Assembly (NCBI GenBank): GCA_964016885.1
Contig: OZ024740.1
Coordinates: 301,630,001-301,694,000, forward strand
Length of the DNA: 64,000 nucleotides
Reading direction: 5' to 3'
DNA from: Eledone cirrhosa
Taxonomy: Eukaryota
Within the stretch, counting starts at the first letter, position 1, and the number at the start of each line of letters is the position of its first letter. The notes below the pieces were generated by a model, which searched no databases, was not told where the DNA came from, and saw only the letters and a list, made by a program, of their open reading frames with translations. The translations under genes and the position numbers were made by a program. Positions 16,418 through 29,435 of the stretch are shown piece after piece.

Positions 16418-16921
16418 ACTGAGGAGTGGGAAAAGTGAGAGAGAGCGCTTGCTCTGATGGTAAGGGTGGCCGTGGTCTTTTGTTTGGTTTTCACCACGAG
16501 TCTCCCTCGGAAGTTTCCCCCTTCTTGGGGAATATTTGTTGTTTGAATTGTTTTGGATTTCTAGCCCGATTTTGTTATAACCTGCTTACAGGACCACAAC
16601 CCACTTTGTATCATCATGTACTGTTCTGTGTCGTCTCTAATGTTTTTCTTCGTTTCAGCCCTTGTGGCCAATAAAGAAACCATTATTATTATTATTATTA
16701 TTATTATTGTTGTTGGTGAAGCCACGCTTCTTATCGCCTCCAGTCTTTTTCAACGTTTTACCTCTTTTTCAACCGTTCTAAACCATTTATTCAAGTTTTA
16801 AATTTGATAAAAGTTTAGAAGAAGTGACCCACCTAATACAGGGGTTCACTAGTAAATAATACGACACCCCTTTACGAGGTGTCGTATTTGTGTAAAAATA
16901 TTTTTTTTGAAAAATTTCAAC

Positions 16922-19005
16922 ATGGATAACACAAAGAGAAGAGAGAGCGCTGTCAGACAACACATAGAGAGGGAGAATTTATCAGTTTGTCAACAAGACA
17001 TTGTTCCAGCGGAGGAAAATATAAACGAAAATATTACAAACGAAAAAAAGATTGTTACAGTTTTAAAATTACCAAATATTTCTAAAACAAATAACACCAA
17101 CAATAACATCAACAACATCACCAACAACAACACCAAAAATAACAGCGGTAAAGTCGAGAACGACAATAACAAAAATAACAGCGGTAAGGTCGAGAACGAC
17201 AATAACAAAAATAACAGCGGTAAGGTCGAGAACGACAATAACAAAAATAACAGCGGTAAGGTCGAGAAAGACAATAACAATGACAATAACAACAGCCACA
17301 ACGACAATAATAGTAGGAACAGTATCAACAAAAACAACAATAATAACAACAGCCACAATAATATTAACAGCAGCAACAGTATCAACGAAAACAACACCAA
17401 CAACTGTACCAGCGAAAACAACAACAATGACACCGATACCTGTAATAGCGACCTCAGCATCACCAGTAAGACCAGTAGCGGCAGCAATAGTGGTGCTGCT
17501 GAAAAAGGGACCACTTATTTTGCAGGTGTCGACCGAAATATCGAGACAGTGTTAGTCACAGAGGAGGAGATGGCAGTCGCAAGGGCCATGGTGACAGGGA
17601 GCGCAAATAGAGTTTCCCTGAAACCTCCACCCGATTTTTTCAAGGACCAGCAACTACGGACGTTCACTTGCCGCACCGTAAGCAAAATCTCACATCGAAT
17701 GGAGAGAGCCACGGAGGCTCAAATCCAAAAGGCCTTAGGGTGCGTCTGTGCACGCAAAACCCACAACACCCGAGACATAAAGTACGCCACAGTAGACGTA
17801 CTTTTCGCCATCCCCCAGGAAGCAAAGTCTCACTCTTTGGAAACCCTAAAGAGTGAGGAGTTAGTCTTGGTGCCCTCCTACTGCGGGCAGAAAATTGTTA
17901 GGGTCAAAGTGACCCAAGTCCCACCCGACGGCCCCATACCTTGGCTGGCCGCGTCTGTCCTTGCTGGAATTGAGAACAGGGCGACCATGCTGCAAGTAGA
18001 AAATAGGGAGAGAGAACTGGTCAGGTATAAGCATGCAAATGCTTATACAAACTGACCAGGAATGTATCGAGGCTATCCCCGATATCATAGACTTCGAGGA
18101 AGGACTCCAACTCCCTATAAGTGTAGAAGGAAGACGGCCAAAATGTTATCTCTGTGAGTCGAAAGGTCACCTCAGGGCCTTTTGCCCGCAGAAGACACCG
18201 AAGAGGCCCCTTTCCTTCCAATACCTGGTCCGCTGCTACCAAGAGCAGGACAGGCAACAAACGAAGAAGCCCCTTCCACGGTGAGTAGGAGGGCAACGTC
18301 CGTAGCACCCGTACCAATGCCACGGATAACTAAAGCAGCATCATCAGTAGCGGCAACACCAATAGCTACATTTGAAATAGTTACACCAGCAACACAATTG
18401 CTGAAGAGGGCTCCACTACCACTACCAACAGCCGTGGAGCACATACCCCTCCCAGAGACCACAGAATCCGACATAGAGTTTGAGGCGGGGGTGACGTGGC
18501 AAACAGTATGCCACAAAAAACAAAAAACAAAAAAAAACTCAGATTCACCCTCCAAAAGCGAAGGCATACAAAGAGGGGTAAAGGCAGCAAGGAAACTTGC
18601 AGCAACACCACCACAAACACCAACAACGCAAACACAACAAGACACACACACCAAACAGCAACAAGAAGAAAACGGCAACAAAATCACCCCTCCCCCCCCC
18701 CAAAAAAAATTACACAGCCATAAACATAGCAAAAAAAGAACTCATAAAATATATAAAGCAGCACACAGACATCACGGAAAAAAACTACTACACCCCACCA
18801 ACACCAAGAACTCTCCCGACAAACAAGCATCATCGAAATCTCAATAGAACAATACAAACCTTTAAAACAAAAATTCCCCAGCGCAGTTGGAGACTTCAGA
18901 GGGACGGTTACCAAGAGGATATACAGTGACATCCTCTTGGAAACACCCATGACCAGCGAAAGGGACGGTTCTACTGTCCCTTCACCACACGAACAAGGTA
19001 AGTGA
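16922..19005 (+). pseudogene. B3 ORF1 (gag-like nucleic-acid-binding protein), frameshifted
   Basis: Asn-rich N-terminus, central conserved domain, CYLCESKGHLRAFC knuckle, Pro/Thr-rich linker, conserved C-terminal block. Confidence 0.87.
17135..17278 (+). repeat. 4 x 36-bp in-frame tandem repeat (KNNSGKVENDNN)
   Basis: Units start at 17135, 17171, 17207 and 17243. Confidence 0.95.
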
Positions 19006-19037
19006 CCCTTTCTCATTTGCCCCATTTCTCATCCAAC

Positions 19038-22000
19038 ATCGCTGTACTCAGAATAGGCAGTATAAATGCACGTGGCCTGGGGTCATCTTGGAATCAGGGT
19101 CACCTGCTCAATGACCTCAGGTCACAAAACATAGATGTGGTGGCCATCAGTGAAACCAGAATTTCCGAGGCACGGGCCTTCGCACCGATCTTCGGCGGCT
19201 ACGATGTATACGTTTCTCCCAGCCGTCCAGGATCGGGGGGAGGGGTTGCCGTCTTTTTCGGAGAGGCTTGGATCTCGCGATACGGGCCATCTTCCTGGAC
19301 CCAGAAGGTAAGTCGGTGGTGCTGGACGTAACCGGCAGCGTAGGCAATGCTTGCAGGCTAGTAGCCGTCTACGCCCCAACAGGGGCAGGCGGCCAGATTT
19401 CTTCAGACGTCTAGAGACCTTTCTTGGAACGTACCGCTCTTTAGTGTTAGTGGGCGACTGGAACGGTATCTTGGATGCACGCTGGGATCGTGTGGGGCTA
19501 GTGGATAGGGGAGGAGGGTGTAAGAGCCTCACCAACCTGCTCAGACGTTTTGAACTGTCTGACAGGTATCGACTTGATCACCCGAATCTGCCAATGTGGA
19601 CATGGACAAACCGTATCGGGTCATCCAGATCGTATCTAGATAGGGTATTCTGCAGGGAACTAGATAAGGCTAGTATAAGTTGTCCACAATTTAAAATAGT
19701 CGACTACACAGACCACAAATTTGTGATCTGTGAGATCGACATAGACAGACTTCATAGACAAGGGCCTGGTTACTGGAAGCTGAACGCATCTTTCCCGGCG
19801 CGCAAGGCCTACAGTGACCGGATTAGCGTATTAGTTAAGCGGGCGTTGACGGGAGCGGTCGTCAACAACAGGTGGTGGTTCGCCCTGAAAAGGGCAATTA
19901 AAGTAGAGTCGAATTGGTTTAGCAAAGGAGTAGTAATAGAGGAAAATAGAGTAGAGGGAGAGCTAGTCAGAAAGCTAGAAGAGGCGTTTAGGACAGGCAT
20001 CGCAACCGACGTGCTTGCGGCGAGATTAGCACTCGATCAATTCTTCAACGCAAAACACGAAGGCTGCGTTGTCAGAGCTAGAGCCAGTGGTCTGAAACAC
20101 GGGGGACACTAACCGTCCAATGGGCCCGGGTGGCAGAGGCGCGACGTGGCAATAAAGCCACAATTCGGTCTTTGTCTGACCAAAACGGGTGCGTGATGCT
20201 CGAACCCGAGCGGATCTGTGAAGCTTTTCAGCAGCACTTTGCTGAACTGTTCGGGAGCGGCGGCGGCCCGGATCGGGGCATGGACTTCAGTGCATGCCTC
20301 GACGGACTGCCTCGGCTCTCGACGACCGCATCAGTGTTGCGAAAAGCCAATAACAACCGGTGAAATACGGGAAGCGATGGCTAACTGCACATGAGGTAAA
20401 TCGCTAGGTTTAGATGGTCTGCCCTACGAGCTTTATGCATTTATGCCAGACTTGTTCGGTGACCCCTTGGCAGACGTCTACTGCAACTGGCAGCAGAACA
20501 GGAGCATTCCCAGTTGTGTGAGCCGGGGAGCAGTGGCGCTGCTCAGAAAAGACCCGAACAAGGGGGATGTTATTGATAATTTCAGGCCCATAACTCTGCT
20601 AAACGCAGAGTTCAAGATTTTGGCCAAGGTGTTAGCAACGAGGTTGGCGCTTGTCGTCAAGGGTCTGGTGGGAGAGGCGCAGACATGCGCCATTCCGGAC
20701 AGATCCATACACGACAACCTCCACCTCATGCGATACATCATAGAGAGGCTGGTTAAGGAACCTGGCAAGGGTGGGGCCCTGATCAACTTGAATCAATCCA
20801 AAGCATTCGATAAGGTCGACCATCGGTACCTGGCGGCGGTCCTCGAGGCAGCCGGTTTCGGGCCCGTTTTCAGGCGTTGGATCGCAGAAATGTACAGCGA
20901 CATCTGCTCAGTTGTGAGGGTCAACGGTCACCTGTCGCATCCGTTCACATCTTGCGCTCAGTCCGCCAGGGTTGTCCCCTCTCGTCCCTCTTATACGTAT
21001 TGTCTCTCGAGCCGTTACTGCACAAACTGGGGGCGATGAGGGGCGTCCCACGCGAACTAGGATGCGGGAAATCCGAGTCGGCTCACGCTGACAACGTCAC
21101 CGTGGTGGTGTCGAGCACCAGACACGTCAAGATGCTCGGCACCGCTCTTAAGGAATACGAAGCGGTGACAGGGGCAGAGATAGACCAGGAAAAGTCGGTG
21201 GGCTTGCAGCTAGGCACCTGGAGAGGCAAGTCCATGCATTTCGACAGTGTCGTGGGGCGTTGGACGGACGGACCGATAAATTGCTCGGGGTCTGGTTCGG
21301 ACCAGACCTCCAGATGGAGAAAAACTGGAACGAGGTGACGAGCAGGGTGGCCTCCCTCACCCAGAAATGGGCTGAGAGGAAGCTGTCCCTGAAAGGCCGG
21401 GCGGAAGTGGCGAATGCGTACATCGCATCCGCAGCTGCTACTCCCTCACCGTCGTCCCTTGCTCCAGCCCAACTGTCACCAAAATGGAGCGCCTCCTCTT
21501 CCTTTTTTTGTGTAATGGACGCGCTCCCATCGTCAGACGATCCATCTGCTGTCAACACCCGGTGCGTGGAGGACTGGGCATGCCATGGCTGATGATGCGC
21601 GAACATGCGCTGAGGCTGCGACATCTCTGGTGCTTCCTTGATGGTGAACGGGTGTGGTCGCCGTTCGCCAGGCACATTTTCCCACAGCTCGTCTCCTTGA
21701 CGGAGCTGCAGTCCTGGGTCAGAAAAAGACCGAGGGATAGCGCTTGGAAACAGGAATGTCTCCAGGTGCTCACTTCCCCCTCCCAGTTGGGCACAAGTAT
21801 CGGTGGAACATCCACCTCGGCGTTCTATAGAGGACTAGTGGAGGGGAAGAGCGACGACATTCTCGGAGAGATCCTGGGCGTCGAAGAAGATCAGCTGTTT
21901 GCTCTCTTCCGGAGAACTTTCAGCCCGGGGCCTATGGATAACTTCCAAACATCCCTGGCCTGGCAGTGCTACCGGGGAGCGCTGCCGGTTCGAGATAAGC

Positions 22001-22449
22001 TCTACAGGCACGGAAGTGCCGTCAGCCGAGCCTGTCCGAGAGGCGCGCATAGCGACGAAACCGTTGTGCACGCACTCGTTCAGTGCCCGAGCATTGCTGA
22101 CTTGTGGAGCTATGTCGAACAGTTGCTGTCACGTGTGGGACTGATCCGGTTGACGACTGAGTCTATTGTGCAGATGGTCTTGCCGTCTTCCTTTGAGGAG
22201 GAAGGGCAGGCGGTTTTCATCTGCCTGGTGGCTATGGCGAAAGAGATTGTGTGGTGGACAAGGTTAAAAGGATTAAAGACAAACACTTTCCTCTTCGGCG
22301 AATCCCTAATTAACTTTTCCAAGTTTCACTTGAAGAGGAAAATTAGGTTGGAGAGGCAAGTGCTGCTTTCTAGCAAGTTTGTTGAAAGGTGGGTGAATGT
22401 AGCGAGAATGGTCCGAGTGAACGGGACCACTCTGAATATACGACTGTAG
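19038..22449 (+). pseudogene. B3 ORF2: APE endonuclease + reverse transcriptase + zf-RVT-like C-terminus, frameshifted
   Basis: GSINARGL, AISET, LVGDWN, SYLDRV, YTDH; NFRPITLLN, QSKAFD, SVRQGCPLS, HADN (YADD in B4); CPR...ETVVHALVQC. The start ATG seen in B2 and B4 is ATC here. Confidence 0.92.
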
Positions 22450-22748
22450 TTTGAGAGATGGAAAAATAGAGAGAGGGCACTTGCCCTGGTAGTCAAGGTG
22501 GCCGTGGTCTTTTGTGTGGTTTTTGCCACGAGTAACCCTCGGAGGTTTAACCCCTATCGGGGAATTTTTCATTGTTTCAATTTTTATTTTATTGTTTATA
22601 TATACATATGTTTTATGTCTTTTTTCTTTTCTTATATAAATAATAAAAATATTTACACGCACAAAACCCACATCGTACCGTCCTGTTCTTTCTGTGATGT
22701 TTTTCTTGATGTTAGCCCTTGTGGCCAATAAATAAATCATTATTATTA

Positions 22749-22792
<44 letters not shown>

Positions 22793-23008
22793 GGCGACAT
22801 ACGTAGTAAATCGTTTCATCGTCAGCTCCGCAAAGGTTTGTTATTTTCAGTTATTTAAAATTGCCATTTATGGAAAATTTTTATTGTTAATTGTAGATAA
22901 GTGCACATATATTGATTTCTGAAAAGGACACTCAAAAATATTGGGGCCTTGGGGCCGAAATTTAAACTTTTTACAATTATCAAACAAAAATTTTTTCTTT
23001 GAAAAATA

Positions 23009-24981
23009 ATGGATGACTCAGATTCACTTCTTCTTCATAATCCAACACCTCACACCGACTCCACCATTGTAAATATTGCTACGTTTGCCAACACTAGAAT
23101 TGTAAGCAGTAGCAATATTTTTAATTTGTCTCTGGCAGACGTTCATTTCCCGCCATTACCAATGACTGCAGGTGTTAAAGTCGCCACCACTACCACCATC
23201 CCACCGCGACAACCCCCCACCCCCACCCACAACCACCACAGAAACAACAGAAACAAAAGGAAAAAATAAATTAACTTATGATATCGAAATGGATTCAACC
23301 AAAATGAACTCTTCCACACCGAACACCACTGACCCCACCACCACCACAACTGAAACTAAAATTAACAATAGCAAAAATACCGATAATAACACCAGCAACA
23401 ATGAAATTAAGAAAACTACCGTGAGTTTTGCAAGAGTAGCAAAAACGTGCGAAGCGATCCAGGTAACTCAGGAAGAATTAGACGAAGCCAAAGGAATGGT
23501 AAAGAAAGATGGGTACAGGATCAGCCCCCCACCACACACACACACCTAATAAAATGGAGCAACGTCGCCTATGCACCGTGTCTTATTGGACAATAAACAT
23601 AAAATCGCGCCGAGTGGAACGGGCATCTGAGTCCCAAATCCAAAAAGCTTTGGGACATGTTTGGGAAAAAAAAACCCACATCAGACGTGGGCAGAAGTAT
23701 GGGACCGTGGACGTGTTCTTTGAAACACCACAGGAGGCCAGATAGCACTCCATGGCCCCATTAAGAAGTGACGACTTCACACTCATCCCGAGCTATTGTG
23801 GCCAGAGACTTGTGAAGATCAGGGTGACCCACGTTCCACCGGCCATCGAAATTCCCTGGCTAATGGCTGCCGTCCTCTCCGGCATCGAGGCCAACACCAA
23901 AATAATAGAAATAGCAAAAGAAAAGCAGGAGAACTGGTCCGGATCTGGGATGGAGCTCCTAATCCAAGCGGACCATAAAAGCATTGAGGAGATCCCAGAG
24001 GTAATAGACCTCACTAACGGCAGCCACCTCCACGTAATCGTCGAGGGCAGAAGACCTAGGTGTGTCGTTTGTGGTGTAGGAACCCACCTAAGGGCTTTCT
24101 GCCCTCAGGCTAAAAGGTTGAGGCCACTCTCTTACCCACCCCAGTGACTCAACCATCAACGCAACCTGCAGCAGAAATAGCAGCAACAACTGTAGCAGCA
24201 ACAACAGAAGCAACTGTAACAGCAACAACCCCAGCAACAGTAGCAAAACCAACAGCACCACCACCCAACGCCCCGGAATTAACACTAGCGCCTACACCAT
24301 CCACCACGCCACAACCAAAACCAACGCCTGTGGAGGATTTTCCACTCCCCGGCTTATCGCAATTGGAGACAGATTGTGACGACGAGGAGTGGGAAACGGT
24401 ATCAGGAAAAAGGAAAAAAAAAGAAACTAAAAAAGAAAAACTTCTCTTCCTTCCCCATCAAAAAAGAAAATACAGAGGGAAACAAATAAATTATCGAACA
24501 AGAAAGTTAAGACAGATGTATCACCATCCACACCAGCATCACCAACCCCATCACCACAAACACCAACACCATCACCATCATTAACCCCAACACCACCATC
24601 ACCAACACCACACAAGTCACCAAAAAGCGTAACAGAAACAAACCCACAGCAAACGCAAACAAAACAAAACAACCAAATCGATACACACTACACAGCATTA
24701 AATTTGAACAACAAGCAATTATTACACTGCATGCAACACAACACCAGCATCACAGAAAAAAGACTACACAACAACACAAAAGGTCACACCACCTCCACAC
24801 ATACAAATCACTCGCATCACACATAAAACGTACACGACACTAAAACAAAAAATTCCCGAAAGACATCGGAGACTTCCGACAAACACTCTCCAGGAGGATT
24901 TATAAGGACATCCTTCCGGAGGAGGCCACAAGCAGTGAAAAGGATGGACAAAACATCCTTCCTCTACGAGAAGTAAGGTAA
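23009..24981 (+). pseudogene. B4 ORF1, disrupted
   Basis: Homologous to B2/B3 ORF1 (ERASESQIQKALG, YGTVDVFF, IPSYCGQ, VEGRRPRC). Confidence 0.85.
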
Positions 24982-25015
24982 GTGGTATTTCCCATCTTTT
25001 CCACTCCATTTCAAC

Positions 25016-28000
25016 ATGACCTCACTCCGAATAGGCAGCATAAATGCGCGTGGCTTGGGGTCGTCATGGAAGCAGGGCCACTTGCTCAACGACCTCAGGT
25101 CAATAAACATAGATGTAGTGGCCATCAGCGAGACCAGAATCTCCGAAGCACGGGCCTTCGCACCGATCTTCGGCGGCTACGATGTGTTCGCATCTTCCAG
25201 GCGTCCGGGATCGGGGGGAAGGAGTTGCTGTACTTTTTCGGAGAGGTTTGGATCTCGCCTACGGGCCATTTCCTGGACCCAGAAGGTAAGTTGGTGGTGC
25301 TAGACGTGACCAGCGGAGACGAGCAAGCTTTCAGGCTAGTGGCCGTCTATGCCCCGTAGGGAGCAGGGCGGCCTGATTTCTTCCGGCGTCTGGAGAACTT
25401 TCTTGGAACGTCTCGCTCTTTAGTGTTAGTGGGCGACTGGAACGGTATCTTAGATGCACGCTGGGACTGTATGGGATTAGCGGATAGGGGAGGAGGGTGC
25501 AAGAGCCTCACCAACCTGCTCAGGCGTTTTGAACTGTCTGACAGGTACCGATTGGATTTCCCGAATGTGCCAATGTGGACCTGGACAAAACGCATAGGGT
25601 CATCCAGATCATATCTAGATAGAGTATTTTCTAGAGAAATAGATAGGTCTAGCATAGGCTGTCCACAATTCAAGATAGTCAGCTACATGGACCACCAATT
25701 CGTGATCTGTGTACTTGAATTAGATAGGCTTCATAGACGAGGACCCGGCTACTGGAAGCTAAACACGTCCTTACCAGCGCGCAAGACCTACAGAGACCGA
25801 ATTAGCGAACTAGTTAAGCGGGCGTTGACGGGGCCATCGTCAACAACAAATGGTGGTTTGCTCTGAAAAGAGCAATTAGAATAGAGTCCATTAGGTTTAG
25901 TAAGGCTTTAGCAATAGAGAAAAATAGAGCAGAGGGAGAATTAGTTAGAAAATTAGACGAGGTGCTTAGCAAAGGCACCACGACCCACGTTCTTTCCGGC
26001 GAAATTGGTCCTTGACCACCGAGGCGGAGTTTTGTGAAAAGCCGATACAGCCGCTGAAGTACTGGAGGCAATGACTAGCTGCACAAGGGGTAAATCGCCT
26101 GGTTTGGATGGTCTGCCCTGTGAACTTTACGTACATATGCCAGACTTGTTCGCAGGCCTCTTGGCGGACGTCTACTGCAACTGGCAACAGAACGGGAGAA
26201 TTCCCAGCTCTGTGAGCCGAGGAGCTGTGGCGCTGCTGAGAAAGGATCCGAACAAGGGGGATAACGTAGATAATTTTAGGCCCATAACTCTGCTAAACAC
26301 AGAGTTCAAGATTTTGGCCAAGGTGCTAGCAAAGAGGTTGGCGCTTGTCGTTGGTGGTCTGGTGGGAGAGGCACAGACATGCGCCATTCCCGACAGATCC
26401 ATCCACGACAACCTCCACCTCATGCGGTACATCGTAGAGAGGGTAGCTAGGGAACCTGGCGGCAGTCCTGAGGGCGGCTGGCTTTGGGCCCGTCTTCAGA
26501 GGCTGGATCGCTGCCATGCACAGCGACATCTGCTCTGTGGTGAGAGTGAACGGTCACCTTTCGGAACCGTTCAACATCATGCGCTCGGTCCGCCAAGGAT
26601 GTCCCCTCTCGTTTCTCTTGTACGTATTGACTCTTGAGCCATTACTGCACAAACTGGAGACGTTGAGGGGGGTCCCGCGCGAACTAGGATGCGGAAGATC
26701 CGTGTCAGCATATGCGGACGATGTCACCGTAGTGGTGTCGAACGCCAAACACATCGAGGCGATCGTCACTAAACTAAGAGAATACGAAGCGGTGACAGGA
26801 GCAATGATCAACCTCAAAAGTCAGTGGGCCTGCATCTCGGTACCTGGAGAGGCAGGTCCATGCCGTCCAACAGCGTCGTCGGTCGCTGGACGGACGGACC
26901 AGTTAAATTGCTCGGCTCTGGTTCGGTCCGGATCTCCAGACGGACAAAAACTGGGACGAGGTGACGAGCAGGGTGGCTTCTCTCACCCAGAAATGGGCCG
27001 AGAGGAAGCTATTCCCGAAAGGTCGAGCGGAGGTGGCTAATGCATATATCGCGTCCGTCATCTACTACCGCCTGACCGTCGTAACTTGTCTTAAGCCCCG
27101 CCTGACTGCGCTGGAGCGTTTGCTCTTTCGCTTTTTGTGGACGGGATGCTCTCCGATGGTCAGGCGGTCCACTTACTGTCAATACCCGCTATGTGGAGGG
27201 CTGGGAATGCCGTGGCTGATGATGCGTAGACACGCGCTCTGGCTACGACATCTCCACCTCTTCCTCGACGGTGATCAGGTGTGGTCTCCGTTTGCTAGAC
27301 ACGTCTTTCCCCACCTCGTCTCCTTGACGGAGCTGCAGTCCTGGGTCAAGCGAAGACCGAGAGGGAGCGCTTGGAGACTGGAATGTCTTCAGGCGCTCAC
27401 AGCGATCGACCAATCGGGCAATGTGATCGGTGGAAACTCCACCTCGGCGTTCTATAGAGGATTAGTGGAGGGGAAGAGCGACGACGTACTTGGGGAAAGT
27501 CTAGGCGTCGACGAAAATCAACTAGGCAATTTCTTCGGAAGAACTTTCGGGCGGGGCCTATGGACAACTTCCAGAAATCCCTGGCCTGGCAGTGCTACCG
27601 AGGAGCTTTGCGAGTTCGGGATAAACTATACAGGCATTGAGGTGCCGTCAGCCGGACATATCCGAGACGCGCGCAGGGCGACGAAACCGTCCTGAACGAG
27701 CATTGCTGACTTGTGGGTTTATGTCGAACACCTGCTGTCGCGTGTGGGATGGATCCATCTATCAGATGAGTCCATCGTGAGGATTGCCCCGCCCTCTTCC
27801 TTTAGCCAGGAAGGGCAGGCAGTTTTTATCTGTTTGGTGGCCATGGCGAAAGAGATAGTATGGTGGACACGTTTGAAAGGGCTGAAGACGAGCACTTACC
27901 TCATCGGTGATGCCCTGATTAACTTTTTTCAAATTTCATTTGAAAATGAAAGTCAGGTTAGAAAGGGAAGTGCTCTCTTCCCAGCATTTTGTTGAAAGAT

Positions 28001-28059
28001 GTGTGAGAGAGGCAAGAATGGCCCGAGTGAATGGGCCTACTATGAATATGTGTCTGTAA
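25016..28059 (+). pseudogene. B4 ORF2 (APE + RT), disrupted
   Basis: Same motif series as B3 ORF2, with intact YADD. Confidence 0.9.
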
Positions 28060-28340
28060 ATTAAAGGTGGAAAACTGGGAGAGGGAACTTGCCCTGGTGG
28101 TCAGGGTCACTGTGGCTTTTTAATGGGCTTTCTCACCAATGTCCCTCGGAAGTCTCCCCCCTATTGGGGAATTTTTTCATAGTTCTATTATTAGCTCCTC
28201 TGTTTTTTGTTTTTTTTACACGCAGAAATACCCATTTGTACCGTCCTGTATTGTCCTGCACTGTCCTTAATGTCTACTTTATCTAAACCCTTGTGGTTAA
28301 TAAGGAAATCATTATTATGATTATTATTATTATTATTATT

Positions 28341-29401
28341 TGCATTTATCTTGCTTTATGTTTATACGAGTTATCACCAAGTCACAACCAGTGACCTCAA
28401 GAGACAACAAGGTCCGCCATGTTCAAGAAAGAACACACATATTCACACATGCATCCTTAGTGTTTAGACTTGTGATGTACTTATATTGACAGGATCTTCC
28501 TTAGTATATGGGCAGTTCCCATTAGTACTATCTTTTGTATTTCTCCTATACGCGGGTTTCCTGGGGTTTGCGATAAGTAGTCGTTAGATCCCTTAGGTAT
28601 CATTCCCAGAGCGCCTACAACCACTGGTATTGTTTTAGTTCTCAATTTCCACATTTTTCCAATTTCTATCTCCAGGTCCTTATACTTGCTCAATTTTTCA
28701 AATGTTTTTATAGATACATTCTTGTCTATTGGAACAGACATATCAATTAGCAGGCATATCCTCCTTTGAAAGTCCTTCAATATAATATCAGGTCTATTTG
28801 CATCTATTTTTCGGTCTGTTTGGATGCTAAAGTTCCACAAGATTGAGATGTGATCTTTTTCAAGTATGGGAGGTGGTTGATGCTCCCACCAATTCTTTTG
28901 ATGGGGCAGGTCAAAATGCTTACACATTATCCAATGTATGTATTGTGCAGCTCTGTCATGCCTGTTTAGGTATTCGGTTGGAGCTATAGGACTGCACATT
29001 GAAATTATATGGTCAATGGTCTCTGGTTGTTTTTTGCATACACGGCATAATGGGCTGCACCCATTTTTTATTATGTTGGCTTGGTAATTTTTTGTTGGCA
29101 GACACTGATCTTGTGCGGATATAATCAGTCCTTCAGTCTCCGATTTCAGTCCAGAGGATGCCAACCACTGATGGGTTAAAGTTTTGTCAACATCAGGATT
29201 GTTAGCTCGCTCTGGGTATTTTCCATACAGAGGCTTTTCTTGCCATTTCATAGCCAGTTTCTGTAGCAGTTCTTTCTTTGCAGTTACTTTTACCTGCTTT
29301 GCTTTTTCTGTGTTTTCCATTTCAGCAGTAAATGGGACTTCTGAAATTTGTAGTCCATTACTGTATCTTTGTGCATCTCTTGTAATGGAATATGATCTTT
29401 T
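28341..29401 (-). mobile_element. 5'-truncated R4/Dong-like family A copy 2 (CCHC + RLE domain, open frame)
   Basis: Uninterrupted frame to the stop at 28481 with CCHC, RHD, RPD, LIDMSVP, KLSKYKDL; (AAT)n on both sides. Confidence 0.94.
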
Positions 29402-29435
29402 TATTATTATTATTATTATTATTGTTATTGTTATT

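Larger units (their letters stand above)
13045..16681 (+). mobile_element. Tx1-like element B2, both ends present, ~2.2-kb internal deletion removing RT
   Basis: 5' UTR, ORF1 13254-15217, APE start at 15249. A junction at ~16200 joins post-APE sequence directly to the ORF2 C-terminus (AKEIVWWTRLKG). Ends AATAAAGAAACC+(ATT)9. Confidence 0.92.
16715..22738 (+). mobile_element. Full-length (~6.0 kb) Tx1-like L1-clade element B3, disrupted
   Basis: ORF1 and ORF2 (APE, RT, C-terminal Cys/His motif) are all present; flanked by (ATT)n on both sides. Confidence 0.95.
22793..28310 (+). mobile_element. Near-full-length Tx1-like element B4 (diverged subfamily), disrupted
   Basis: ORF1 from 23009 (CVVCGVGTHLRAFC); ORF2 25016-28059 with KSPGLDGLP, SVRQGCPLS, AYADD; internal deletions at ~26015 and ~26460; flanked by (ATT)n. 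Confidence 0.94.

Noticed and set aside
16858-16888. 11-bp hairpin in the B3 5' UTR as a conserved regulatory element
   Set aside because: Equivalent positions in B2 and B4 give only weak, mismatched stems.
17135-17278. CRISPR-like 36-bp repeats
   Set aside because: No spacers; in-frame coding repeat in a eukaryotic retroelement.
16990-17514. Antisense Leu/Val-rich membrane-like ORFs
   Set aside because: Reverse complement of AAC/AAT-rich ORF1 sequence.
10757-28310. Tandem segmental duplication or assembly stutter of one element
   Set aside because: Copies have different 5' UTRs, deletions and substantial divergence.
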